Positions 40,653 to 50,243 of a stretch of DNA of 64,000 nt are shown one piece after another. The notes under the pieces are model-generated. The model did no database searches. It was not told the origin of the DNA and saw only the letters and a program-made list of their open reading frames with translations. This DNA comes from Simkaniaceae bacterium (GTDB lineage: Bacteria > Chlamydiota > Chlamydiia > Chlamydiales > JAJFMI01): assembly GCA_040880145.1 (NCBI GenBank), contig JBBDIZ010000027.1:1-64000 (forward strand), in the 5' to 3' direction. Position 1 is the stretch's first letter, and each line of letters starts with the position of its first letter. Made by a program: the position numbers and the translations under genes.

Positions 40653-41138
40653 CTAGACGTAAGGGGGAGTTGAAGAGTTTTGATCCGGCTTATCCTCTTT
40701 TTTCTGACCGGGTTTTCCTGCCGCCATTAGGATCAAAAGCCCCCCGGCAATAGAGACATTACGTAGGAACATATTGAGCTCCAACTCCCTTCTTTGTCCA
40801 GCCAAAAACCAAAAATGATGATAAAAAAGTGTTGCCGGGATCAGAAATAAAAGCATCAGAAATGCCCCAAATCTTATCCTGAGCCCAAATATAACAAGAA
40901 AAGCTCCGAAAAGCTCCGAAAAAATCCCGATACCAAGTAAAAGCGGCACATGATCGAGCAGCATCTCAAAAAATGATTCCAAATGGTGAAGCCCTCCAAC
41001 ATAGAGAACCCAGTCTCGAAGGACCGAGACAAGACTTTCTTTGATAAATTCCCATTCAAAAATATTATGGAGTCCTGAGATAAAAAAAATGAGAGCGAGT
41101 AGAATCCTCCCTATAAAAGCGGTCAATTTCTGCACCAT
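40653..41138 (-). CDS. DoxX-family membrane protein
   Basis: GRILLALIFFISG, ELFGA, HHFW, FLRNVSIAGGLL. Confidence 0.85.
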   Translation of the reverse strand: MVQKLTAFIGRILLALIFFISGLHNIFEWEFIKESLVSVLRDWVLYVGGLHHLESFFEMLLDHVPLLLGIGIFSELFGAFLVIFGLRIRFGAFLMLLFLIPATLFYHHFWFLAGQRRELELNMFLRNVSIAGGLLILMAAGKPGQKKEDKPDQNSSTPPYV

Positions 41139-41228
41139 ATCCTCAAATTGCCATAAAGTTATTATTTTTCCAACTCAATAAGCTAATTTGTGTTAGAATG
41201 GATTCGTTAAATTAATAGTTATTTTTTT

Positions 41229-42344
41229 ATGCAATTTCGTGATTATCACATAATAAATATTTTAAATCTTTACAGCGATTCTAAGCGTCCTATCGATAGT
41301 CATTTGCGTTACTACTTTAAAGAACATCGCGCTTTAGGCTCTAAGGATCGACGCCATATTTGCGATCTCATTTACCGCCTCATCCGCCATCAAGCTCTCC
41401 TCGATTACCGGCTTACAGCGCCCATTACCTGGGAAAAAAGGCTAAATGCCCTCAAAAACCCTCTTCCTTTTCCAACCGATGCCCCCCCTCATATTCAAGT
41501 TAGTTTTCCAAAGAGCCTCTTTACCAGGCTTACTGCAGATTATGGCTTAGAAAAAGCACTCGAACTTGCAAAAACTTCCAACGAGCCGGCTCCTACAATG
41601 ATTCGAGCCAATCGTCAAAAAATTACACGCGATGAACTCTTTAATCGTTTGGCCGACCACCATCCCATTCAAAAAGATCCTAATTCAGAAAATGCGCTTA
41701 TCTTTGATAAACGACTGAATTTTTTCGCCTTAGAAGAATTTAAAATGGGCTATTTTGAGGTGCAAGATAGCGGGTCTCAAAAACTTGCTTCACTTGTAAA
41801 TGCGAAACCTAAAGAACATATTCTCGATTTTTGCTCAGGTTCTGGAGGCAAAAGCCTCGCCTTTGCTCCAGACATGGAAGGTCTTGGACAGATTTATCTT
41901 TCTGACATTCGTCCCTTTATATTAGATGAGGCAAAAAAACGCTTTAAACGTGCCGGGATTCAAAATGTACAGTTTTTAACAAAAGAAAAATTGAACAATG
42001 CAGCTCTTAAACACAAAATGGATGCCATTTTGTTAGATGTCCCTTGTTCCGGATCGGGCACTCTGCGCCGGAATCCCGATCTCAAATGGCGCTACTGTGA
42101 AGAGACTTTAAATCGTCTGATCGAGGAGCAGCGCCGTATTGTTAAAGAAGCTCTCCCCTTTTTAAAGGAGGATGGCCGGATTATCTATGGAACCTGCTCC
42201 CTTTTTCAAGCTGAAAATCAGGAGCAGATTCGCTTTTTTGAAACTCATTACAATTTAACCCTAGCAGAGGCCCCCTTTGTCTCACATCCCAAAAGTGGTG
42301 GAGGCGATGGTTTTTTTGGGGCTGTATTAAAAAGAATAAAATGA
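41229..42344 (+). CDS. RsmB/NOP (Fmu/Sun) RNA m5C methyltransferase
   Basis: FEVQDSGSQ, DFCSGSGGKS, DVPCSGSGT.RRNPD, YGTCS, DGFF. Confidence 0.92.
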   Translation: MQFRDYHIINILNLYSDSKRPIDSHLRYYFKEHRALGSKDRRHICDLIYRLIRHQALLDYRLTAPITWEKRLNALKNPLPFPTDAPPHIQVSFPKSLFTRLTADYGLEKALELAKTSNEPAPTMIRANRQKITRDELFNRLADHHPIQKDPNSENALIFDKRLNFFALEEFKMGYFEVQDSGSQKLASLVNAKPKEHILDFCSGSGGKSLAFAPDMEGLGQIYLSDIRPFILDEAKKRFKRAGIQNVQFLTKEKLNNAALKHKMDAILLDVPCSGSGTLRRNPDLKWRYCEETLNRLIEEQRRIVKEALPFLKEDGRIIYGTCSLFQAENQEQIRFFETHYNLTLAEAPFVSHPKSGGGDGFFGAVLKRIK

Positions 42345-42358
42345 TACAATAGTGACCT

Positions 42359-43417
42359 ATGAAAAAAATGATACCTTGCTTACTTCTTTCAATCTCTCTT
42401 ACCGCCTTTGAAGAAACGTCCTCATTTGAGATGGATCCCCTTCTTAAACCGCGTCAAGAGAGCTCCATTTCTCTAAACAATCGCCCTTTGGCGAAAGTCC
42501 TGGGGAAGACGATTTCACTTGTCGATGTTGTGAAAAAAATGGATCTTTTTCTTCACCAGCATTATCCACAAGCTTTTGAGTCAAAAGCCACACTTCATCA
42601 GTTTTACACGACAAATTGGTGGCATACTCTAGAAGAAATGGTCAACAATATTTTGATTATAGAAGAAGCGGCTGAAAAAGAGATGAAAGTCAGCGATGGA
42701 GACGTCCGCGAAGAGATGGAGGAGCGCTTTGGCCCCAATATCATGGCGAAGCTCAACAATCTTGGCCTTGGGTATGAAGAGGCCAAGCAGATGATTCACG
42801 ATGAAATCGCAGTTCGACAAATGTCTTATTTTAAAATCCACTCAAAAGCACTTCAGGTCGTTACCCCTCAAAAGCTTAAAGAGCGCTTTGCCGCTCACCT
42901 TGAAAAAAATCCTCCTCAAGAAGACTGGACCTATCAAATGCTTTCTATTCGAGGCGCAACTAATGAGGAAGCTCATGCTATCTCAAAACGCGCCAAGGAA
43001 TTAATTGCTTCAGGACTTCAAAATTTGCAAGATACTCGAGAAGTCTTAGCAACTGAGTTCCAAGGGCCAAAAATCACGCTCTCGAATGACATCTCAGTAA
43101 AGGACCGAGAGCTTTCAACTGAAAATCGATCGATTCTCTCTAGCCTTGCAAGTGGTGAAATTAGCCCTATCATTGAACAAAAAAGCCGCCGCGGCAATGA
43201 AAAAGTAACTCGTCTTTTTCATCTCAAGGATCATTCAAGAGAAGAAGCGCTCTCTTTTAATGAGCTTCACCCTCAACTGAAAAACGATCTCCTTCATGAG
43301 ACGGTTGATCAATATCATGTTGAATATATTGGGAAACTCAGAAAGAAATATCATTTTGATGCTGAGGAAATGAAAGCCTCAATCCCTGAGAATTACAAGC
43401 CCTTTATCGCTCACTAA
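42359..43417 (+). CDS. SurA-N-domain periplasmic chaperone-like protein
   Basis: Signal peptide; NRPLAKVLGKTISLVDV start typical of SurA_N; degenerate parvulin region; TAATG overlap with rsmA. Confidence 0.65.
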   Translation: MKKMIPCLLLSISLTAFEETSSFEMDPLLKPRQESSISLNNRPLAKVLGKTISLVDVVKKMDLFLHQHYPQAFESKATLHQFYTTNWWHTLEEMVNNILIIEEAAEKEMKVSDGDVREEMEERFGPNIMAKLNNLGLGYEEAKQMIHDEIAVRQMSYFKIHSKALQVVTPQKLKERFAAHLEKNPPQEDWTYQMLSIRGATNEEAHAISKRAKELIASGLQNLQDTREVLATEFQGPKITLSNDISVKDRELSTENRSILSSLASGEISPIIEQKSRRGNEKVTRLFHLKDHSREEALSFNELHPQLKNDLLHETVDQYHVEYIGKLRKKYHFDAEEMKASIPENYKPFIAH

Positions 43418-44226
43418 TGGAGCGAATCTCTAACATTACCGTTTTAAAAGCCTTTCTTGAAAAAGAAGGGCTTGCTGCCAATAAGCGTTTATCTCAAAAT
43501 TTTCTAATCGACTCCAATATTCTTGATAAAATCATCCTAACGGCTCAAGTTTCAAAAGGGGATCAAATTTTAGAAATAGGACCTGGGCCCGGCGCTCTTA
43601 CAGAAGCGCTTCTAATGAAGGAGGCTGAGGTTTTTGCTATAGAAAAGGATCAAGGTTTTGCTAAACATCTACCTAGACTCTCAACCAACCACCTCTCTGT
43701 CTATCACGCTGATTTTTTAAAATTCGACCTCACGCCTATCTTTAAAAAAGCTCCTTTAAAAGTCGTTGCCAACCTTCCCTACCATCTCACGACTCCCATT
43801 TTAGAAAAACTACTCCCCCTCTATCCTAGTGTGACTAGCCTCACCATCATGGTGCAAAAAGAGGTTGCCGAGCGATTGACCAGCTCACCTCGAAGCGAGA
43901 ACTACGGAGCATTTACACTATTTCGAGAATTTTACTCGAATGTCATATCCAGTTTCCGCGTCAAAAAAACCTCTTTTTACCCCAGTCCCCACATAGATTC
44001 CACAGTACTTCACCTCGAGTTAAAACCTTTACCGAACCATATAAATGGAAAAGATTTTTTCGATTTTGTCTATAAAGCTTTTCAAAAGAGGCGAAAAATG
44101 CTCCGATCGAGCTTAAAAGAGTATGGAGTGACTCTTGAAAAAAGACCTGAAGAGCTCTCTCTTCAAGAGTTTATAGACTTGTTTCGGTATAAATTTAATT
44201 GCAGCTCATTGGATCGACAAACGTAA
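43417..44226 (+). CDS. rsmA: 16S rRNA m6(2)A1518/1519 dimethyltransferase
   Basis: LSQNFL, LEIGPGPGALT, ANLPY, MVQKEVAER, FQKRRKML. Confidence 0.97.
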   Translation: MERISNITVLKAFLEKEGLAANKRLSQNFLIDSNILDKIILTAQVSKGDQILEIGPGPGALTEALLMKEAEVFAIEKDQGFAKHLPRLSTNHLSVYHADFLKFDLTPIFKKAPLKVVANLPYHLTTPILEKLLPLYPSVTSLTIMVQKEVAERLTSSPRSENYGAFTLFREFYSNVISSFRVKKTSFYPSPHIDSTVLHLELKPLPNHINGKDFFDFVYKAFQKRRKMLRSSLKEYGVTLEKRPEELSLQEFIDLFRYKFNCSSLDRQT

Positions 44227-46297
44227 AGTCCGCTACCGATGGGCTATAGATGATGGTTGCTCCAAAGTTACGCTCACTGACCCCAATTGCATTGCCGGAT
44301 GGAGAGACCACTTGATAATTTGCCGTAATCCCACTGTTATTATTTAACATCATCGAAGAGCTTGTTTTATTTTCTTTCAAATCAAGACAAAGCGTACTTG
44401 ATGATGATGTAAGAGTAAAGGTGTCGGTCGCAATTCCTTTTAGGGTGTTGGAATCAAACAGAGCTCGCACCGTAGCCGTATCTCCAATAATAGGACCCAC
44501 GTTCATTAAAATATGACGCGTTGTATCATTTGTGAAGCGATTATCCCGCATATCAAAATCGATTTCTCCGCGTCTTGCTACATAAATTAAGGCATTGGCC
44601 CCTCCACCTGTCGCAACCACCGAGTTATTTTCAAAGAAAATTTTGGAATTATCTTCATTATTTTCAATAAACATCGCCGGCGCTGAGATTTGTCGAATAC
44701 TATTATTCACAATTCTGTGGTCGGTCCCTTCAGTTACGATCATCATTGCCGAGAATCGATGACTAATCAATTGATTATCGGCTATCAATATATTGCTATT
44801 CTCAATATTTCTTAAGCTAATATCCGCAACTCCAGCTGCATTTCGAGTGAGGTTTGTATTGAAATAATTATTAATAATTCGCTTGACTCCAGAGGGAGAT
44901 CCATTCGCGTTGATCGCATGACCTAAAACCACCCCATTGTTAAGAAAGCGACTCTTTTGAATTGTAAAGTTTGCTGATCCTCTTGCATCAACCCCGATTC
45001 GCTCAGAAACGATTGGGCTATCCCAATTTAGAAAGTTAATTCCTGTGACAATATTGTTATTTGCAAGTGTTAACGCCGCTCCATTTTCCGAACTGATTGA
45101 GGGGAGCAATCCAGGCGTTACAGCCGGAAGAACAAGCTGATAGTTAATGAAAAGATCATGTCCGGATCCATGGAGTCTTTGTCCATTTTTTAAGGAAAAC
45201 CCTGAATTTGCCCCAACAAGATATCCATTGTTATTGAGCATGTAAATCACATCATTGACTCCACTATTTGCCTCTGCCAGCGCTAAGCTGTTGTAGGGAG
45301 TGGAAAAAGAACCATTGCCTGAGAAAAGAGAGGTGTTATTGACGAAAATCAGTTGCCAAGGATCCCCGGTATTGGGGTTAACCGGAAAGTAGTGACACTT
45401 ATCTTGAGCAATCGGAATGATGTCATGGCGCTCGACATTTTGTACAAGGCGTCTCATTTTTTTTGCCTTTTGAACGCATCCCTTTTGATATCTTTTTTTA
45501 AAACGTCTTCCCTCTGTCCTTAAATTTGAAGGCCCGAGTGGAAAGCTAAACGAGAGATAGCCCTGTATCGTTCCGTGAAACTCTTTATCATAGGTGCTGA
45601 TGAGTCCCAATTTAATTCCATCGAATACTTGGGCTGTTAATCGTCCTTGAACGCCAAAAGCGTCTCCAAAGGTTTTGCATTGAACTTGGCGCTTGAGTAA
45701 ATAATAAGGCCCTATAGCAAAATAAAGATTTACTTTTTCAAAAGGTCCTGGAATAGGTGTCCCAATTTCTGCTTGAATATCAGGAAGTGCTGCTGATACT
45801 TTTTGGGTAATAATAGCTGTACGGCCCTCCATAGGCCCCGGCATAGCAGGTCCAATTCTTGAAGTTTGCCCAATAGGAATATACCCATTTAATCTGAAAT
45901 CAACATAGGGAGAAAGCCCCTCAAATCCAATGCCAAGCTGATGAGCATTTTGCCTAAGAGCCGACCGATAGTCGTAATAAAAGTTTGCACCAAAAACAAA
46001 CTCTTTTTCTAGAAAAGGATTCAGGCGCATTCCGATTCCCATATTGGAAGCAAAACGACCATCATTCATGAGATGGAAACGGGTATCTAAAAAGGGCTGA
46101 AAGCTGCGTTCCCAATTGGGTGTAAAGAAAAATGCTGCAGTTGAATAACCCTCGTCATACCCGATGCCCCTTTCTTCTCGATGCTGGATTTCAATACGAG
46201 TTGGGGTTCCTTTCAAACAACGCTCTCCGCTATTAGAAAAAAGAGAAAACGTCAAACCTATCGAAAAAAGCGCAAGCAGCCTCATGAGCAATCCCAA
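44195..46297 (-). CDS. Inverse autotransporter-type beta-barrel + C-terminal beta-helix passenger (adhesin candidate)
   Basis: Signal peptide; SNMGIGMR, FGANFYYD, QLGIGFE, NGYIP barrel motifs; VERHDII linker; GNGSFSTPY followed by Asn-rich IxNN repeats; start may be ATG 46285. Confidence 0.8.
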   Translation of the reverse strand: MGLLMRLLALFSIGLTFSLFSNSGERCLKGTPTRIEIQHREERGIGYDEGYSTAAFFFTPNWERSFQPFLDTRFHLMNDGRFASNMGIGMRLNPFLEKEFVFGANFYYDYRSALRQNAHQLGIGFEGLSPYVDFRLNGYIPIGQTSRIGPAMPGPMEGRTAIITQKVSAALPDIQAEIGTPIPGPFEKVNLYFAIGPYYLLKRQVQCKTFGDAFGVQGRLTAQVFDGIKLGLISTYDKEFHGTIQGYLSFSFPLGPSNLRTEGRRFKKRYQKGCVQKAKKMRRLVQNVERHDIIPIAQDKCHYFPVNPNTGDPWQLIFVNNTSLFSGNGSFSTPYNSLALAEANSGVNDVIYMLNNNGYLVGANSGFSLKNGQRLHGSGHDLFINYQLVLPAVTPGLLPSISSENGAALTLANNNIVTGINFLNWDSPIVSERIGVDARGSANFTIQKSRFLNNGVVLGHAINANGSPSGVKRIINNYFNTNLTRNAAGVADISLRNIENSNILIADNQLISHRFSAMMIVTEGTDHRIVNNSIRQISAPAMFIENNEDNSKIFFENNSVVATGGGANALIYVARRGEIDFDMRDNRFTNDTTRHILMNVGPIIGDTATVRALFDSNTLKGIATDTFTLTSSSSTLCLDLKENKTSSSMMLNNNSGITANYQVVSPSGNAIGVSERNFGATIIYSPSVADFTFVDPMSCN

Positions 46298-46306
46298 GAT
46301 AAAGTC

Positions 46307-47521
46307 TTATCTTAAGGGGTTCACTCTTTTTAGGAAAATAGGAATTATCAAAAACGGTATGAAAAAGAGGTACATTCGAGACGATTTTGGTTTTTCAATA
46401 TCTTCAGCAGCTATAAGTTTTGCAAAGCAAATCTTGCGGCCCCCCTTCACACTCACTTCAAGCCTTCCAAGACAATCCCCTTTTCGAATCGGAAGTTTTT
46501 TATCATTCCAGACAATATCCCGGACCAGCTCCTCTTCTTCAGCAGGATAATATTCATAAAAAAGATCTTCGCTTAGCTCAACCTTAATAGAACGAGTTTC
46601 AATGGTTGTTTCAAAATTATTTTCCTGACGATTGTATAGACAGCGTTTTTTCATTGGTTCAGAAAAGGCTGCGTCAAAAAGTGCAAGCGCATCTCGATAA
46701 CGGTCAAAATTTTCTTTACAACCTAACATAACGGCTATGAGCGTTCTTCCTTCTTTTTTTGCTGCAGCGACAAAGCAGTAGCCTGCATTAGACGTGTATC
46801 CTGTTTTTACCCCTAGGGCCTCTTCAAAAAAAAAGCGCCCTTTTTTGAGAAGTCGATTCGGCTGTTTGATGCAACGATTTGAAAAGGGACATGTGTAATC
46901 AAGAGTTTGAACTATTTCACAAAATAACGGCTCTTTTAATGCCTCGCTTGTCATCAAACCTAAATCATAGGCTGACGTTTTATGCGTTGGAAAATGGAGA
47001 CCATGAGGATTTGTAAAATGAGTGTTTTCACACCCAAGTAAACTGACATATAAATTCATCTCTTTTACAAAAGTGGCTATCTTTTTAGACAAGGTCATCG
47101 CAATCACATTCGCAGCATCATTCCCCGAGGCTAACATTAGGCCATAAAGCAAAGATCTAAGCGACGTCACTTCTCTTCCCTTCAGCCCGTAACTTGTCCC
47201 ATCCGGCTCTAGCCAATAAGGAGGAATTTGATACCCCCTTGACTCTTTGATTTCTTGAGGCAGCATGGTTAGACAAGATCTTGGAACTTTGACCTCTTGA
47301 TCAAACTGATCTTTTCCCTTCTTGATGGCCCATAAAGCTGTTGCAATCTTTGTTGTCGAGGCAGGAAAAACCGCCTCATGAGCCTTTTTTTCATAGAGAA
47401 CGCTCTTTGTATCTCCATTAATGAGTACTGAGTAAGGTGCGTTGACACGAACCGAAAGGCCTTTCCCCCAAAGCGAATAAGCAAAAAGGAGAAATATATA
47501 AACAATTTTTCCACAATCCAT
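46307..47521 (-). CDS. D-alanyl-D-alanine carboxypeptidase (peptidase S11)
   Basis: PASTTK (SxxK), SGND (SxN), NPHGL, KTG. Confidence 0.93.
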   Translation of the reverse strand: MDCGKIVYIFLLFAYSLWGKGLSVRVNAPYSVLINGDTKSVLYEKKAHEAVFPASTTKIATALWAIKKGKDQFDQEVKVPRSCLTMLPQEIKESRGYQIPPYWLEPDGTSYGLKGREVTSLRSLLYGLMLASGNDAANVIAMTLSKKIATFVKEMNLYVSLLGCENTHFTNPHGLHFPTHKTSAYDLGLMTSEALKEPLFCEIVQTLDYTCPFSNRCIKQPNRLLKKGRFFFEEALGVKTGYTSNAGYCFVAAAKKEGRTLIAVMLGCKENFDRYRDALALFDAAFSEPMKKRCLYNRQENNFETTIETRSIKVELSEDLFYEYYPAEEEELVRDIVWNDKKLPIRKGDCLGRLEVSVKGGRKICFAKLIAAEDIEKPKSSRMYLFFIPFLIIPIFLKRVNPLR

Positions 47522-47706
47522 TTTTTATCTTCAAAAAATACAAAAGTGATACCGTTTATAATCGGAAAAGAAATCAAGTTCAATGAAATTCTTAATCAAT
47601 AGCATTCAATATGTTGTGGAAAATTTGAAGAAAGTTATCAAAAATAGCTTTAAAAAAAATGATACGGTCCCTATTAGGAAAGGTAACCAGGGTTAACGGG
47701 AGCTAT

Positions 47707-48141
47707 ATGAATAATCCAGTAAAATTAGATAAAGCCTATCAAGAATTTATGAAAGATTTTCCACAATCTGTCCCTGATGGAATCATTACTGTCGATTTAA
47801 AGTTGCTCAACAATCTTGGCCTGCTAGACTGCGAAGAACTTTCAGAAGAAAGTCAAAAAGAAGAATTTCCTCACCATTTTCATGTCATTGAAACAGATGA
47901 AAAAGTCACGCTTTTTAATGAAATTTTTGCGATTTGGATTGTCCCAAAATTGATCGAAGACACACCGACTACTTTTGTATTAATTTCTTATATCACTCAG
48001 GATAAACCAAAGCTTGAGATCGTATTTTCAACAGCAGGCATTTACAACACGCCAAAGTTTGTTCTCAAAGTTTTGCGCTATTTTCTCTATGAAGTCATCG
48101 ATACTGAAGAGGCCATTAGTTCTATTGGAGCAGATGGATAG
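47707..48141 (+). CDS. Conserved chlamydial hypothetical protein (CT550 position)
   Basis: Lies between dac and rsbW as in Chlamydia; ATG 47707 after GGGAG; FHVIETDEKVTL..LEIVFSTAGIYN. Confidence 0.7.
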   Translation: MNNPVKLDKAYQEFMKDFPQSVPDGIITVDLKLLNNLGLLDCEELSEESQKEEFPHHFHVIETDEKVTLFNEIFAIWIVPKLIEDTPTTFVLISYITQDKPKLEIVFSTAGIYNTPKFVLKVLRYFLYEVIDTEEAISSIGADG

Positions 48142-48149
48142 TCCATATT

Positions 48150-48587
48150 CTACTTGGAACTTTTTCTTAAGTTTAAAATATTACTTTCTCTTTCTCTTTG
48201 ATATTCAATTTTATCTAAAATTTTATCCATAAAAAAAAGGCCTAAACCTCCGATAGGTCTTTTTTCAATTTCTGCTTCTGTGTCGTACTCTTTTAAGTGA
48301 TCAAGCGGGTTCACCGCAATTCCCTGATCTTTAATCGTAAAAAAAATCTCTTTGCAACCACTTCGGGCAATGGATATCTCAACATCCCCCGCTCCTTCCG
48401 GATAGGCATAGCGAATGATATTTACCAAAGCTTCTTCTATAGCAATTTCACACTTTTTTGCATCTGATGAGGTAAACTTGATTTTATTTATTTCTGATCG
48501 TACAAACTCCATCATTTGAGGAAGTTCATCTAATATGGCTCGAAATTTTAACGTGATCAACACTCCCCCTATTACTTCAGAATGCAA
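48150..48587 (-). CDS. rsbW: Anti-sigma factor Ser/Thr kinase RsbW
   Basis: EEALVNIIRYAY, DQG, GGLGL HATPase motifs; true start probably near 48563. Confidence 0.88.
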   Translation of the reverse strand: MHSEVIGGVLITLKFRAILDELPQMMEFVRSEINKIKFTSSDAKKCEIAIEEALVNIIRYAYPEGAGDVEISIARSGCKEIFFTIKDQGIAVNPLDHLKEYDTEAEIEKRPIGGLGLFFMDKILDKIEYQRERESNILNLRKSSK

Positions 48588-48616
48588 AAAGCAGTTATAA
48601 AGGAAGTTCTATTTTT

Positions 48617-49216
48617 TCAATAGAAATTATTAAGACCCTCTGCGATTTGAGTCGCAAGGTCATCGAAAAGAGGGGTTACAGCCGCCTCTCTTGCATTTTC
48701 AGGAGCATCGAGTTGACCGAGCGAAAACTGAAGGACGGAAATCCGTCTTCCGTTTGAAAAAAAAGAAAGGTCGTCTATTGTATCGGAATTGACATAATCA
48801 TAATTAACATATGAGGTCATCACTTCGGGCCCCAATAGAATTTTTTGCGTCGTCCTCTCAATAAGGCGTACCTCAATCGAAAGCGATTTTCGTTCCTCAT
48901 CAGAAACTAAGCGTTTAGGTTCAATAAAATTACGGCTTTTTTCTTCTCGGTCATACCGAAATCCTATATCTTCATGTTCTATAGAGAGTATTTTAGCCTC
49001 AAGCTCATAGTCTCCCCTGGAAACCACAACAGAAAAAGGCGTCAAAAGTGCAATTTTATTGGCAAGAGCTGCGGTTAAAAGCCCCTCCTCATCGCCTTGA
49101 ACGTAGGGAATGGTAATCGTTTTACCCTGAGCTTCTCCAATCTCTACAAAACGATATCCACAACTTGACAGAAGAAAAAGAAGAAGGAAAAAGACTCCTT
49201 TCCGAAAGAGACTCAA
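48617..49216 (-). CDS. lptE: LptE-like outer-membrane lipoprotein
   Basis: Lipobox LSSC followed by GYRF; size and position beside bamD. Confidence 0.65.
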   Translation of the reverse strand: MSLFRKGVFFLLLFLLSSCGYRFVEIGEAQGKTITIPYVQGDEEGLLTAALANKIALLTPFSVVVSRGDYELEAKILSIEHEDIGFRYDREEKSRNFIEPKRLVSDEERKSLSIEVRLIERTTQKILLGPEVMTSYVNYDYVNSDTIDDLSFFSNGRRISVLQFSLGQLDAPENAREAAVTPLFDDLATQIAEGLNNFY

Positions 49217-49231
49217 AAAAAACCTTAGGGG

Positions 49232-50194
49232 TTATTTGTCAGAGGGCACCGCCATCATCCCAGGCTCGGGGATTTCCCTCCCCATTACTTCTAAGCGGTT
49301 TTTTGATAAAAAGGCTTGGCGCGTTTCAGGATAACGAATGACGATAGTCGAATAGTAAATAGCTGCAGAATCGGGTTTTTTCGTCTTCTCGTAAAACCTT
49401 CCGATTTGGAAAAGCTCATCTGCAAATTCTTCTTTCATAGCAAGCAAAGTCGATTCGGCTTGATTGATACGAGGCTCTCCCGGAAAATCTCGACGAAATT
49501 TTCTAAGATTAATTTCAGCTAAGTCGAGGTAATCAGGATCGGGAAATTTTGACTGGCACTGTTTAAGATAAACTCCTAAAATCCCTAGATAACTTTCTGA
49601 TGAAAGAGGGTGTTTCGGGAAGCGGCGAATTAGAGTTTGATACGCTTCAACACTGCCTTTGTAGTCGGAAAGCTGTGCATAAAGTTCTGCCTTTCGAAAA
49701 AGCGCTTCAGCTGCCACCTCATGATGGGGAAGAGAGGTAATAACCTCGTCATAGATTCGGATGGCTTCATCTTTAGCAGGCAGCCATTGAGGCATATTTC
49801 GCGCGCCAAAAAGATGTTTTTTCGCTCCATTTTCAAACTGCTTAGCAATATTAAATTTATAAGAAATTGCCTCTTCAAAAAATTTTGGAGACGCTTGTGC
49901 TCTAAGATACTGCGAAAAATAACTATCAGCCGTTTCAAAATCCCCTTTATTATAGTAGCCAACTCCCAAATAATAGCTAAGTTCTTCAGCAAAATGAGAG
50001 GTTGGATAATAAATGCGAACTTGCCGGCAATGGTGGATCAGCTCACGCCAATCGCTTTCCCGAAGAGCCTCCATAGCCCTTCCATAATATTCACTTACGC
50101 TTAAATGCTTATCGATAGATTCATTTTCGCTTTCTGCTTTCAGAAATTGAGAGCTTAAAATAAAAATGAACAGTAAAAAATATTTTTTTCTCAT
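49232..50194 (-). CDS. bamD: BamD-like TPR protein
   Basis: Signal peptide, repeated TPR units ending YP/FP, C-terminal IGRFYEK...AAIYY...YPET. Confidence 0.75.
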   Translation of the reverse strand: MRKKYFLLFIFILSSQFLKAESENESIDKHLSVSEYYGRAMEALRESDWRELIHHCRQVRIYYPTSHFAEELSYYLGVGYYNKGDFETADSYFSQYLRAQASPKFFEEAISYKFNIAKQFENGAKKHLFGARNMPQWLPAKDEAIRIYDEVITSLPHHEVAAEALFRKAELYAQLSDYKGSVEAYQTLIRRFPKHPLSSESYLGILGVYLKQCQSKFPDPDYLDLAEINLRKFRRDFPGEPRINQAESTLLAMKEEFADELFQIGRFYEKTKKPDSAAIYYSTIVIRYPETRQAFLSKNRLEVMGREIPEPGMMAVPSDK

Positions 50195-50243
50195 AGCGCG
50201 TCATCAAATTAGTGTTAATGCAACCATTATTACAAAAAGTTGC

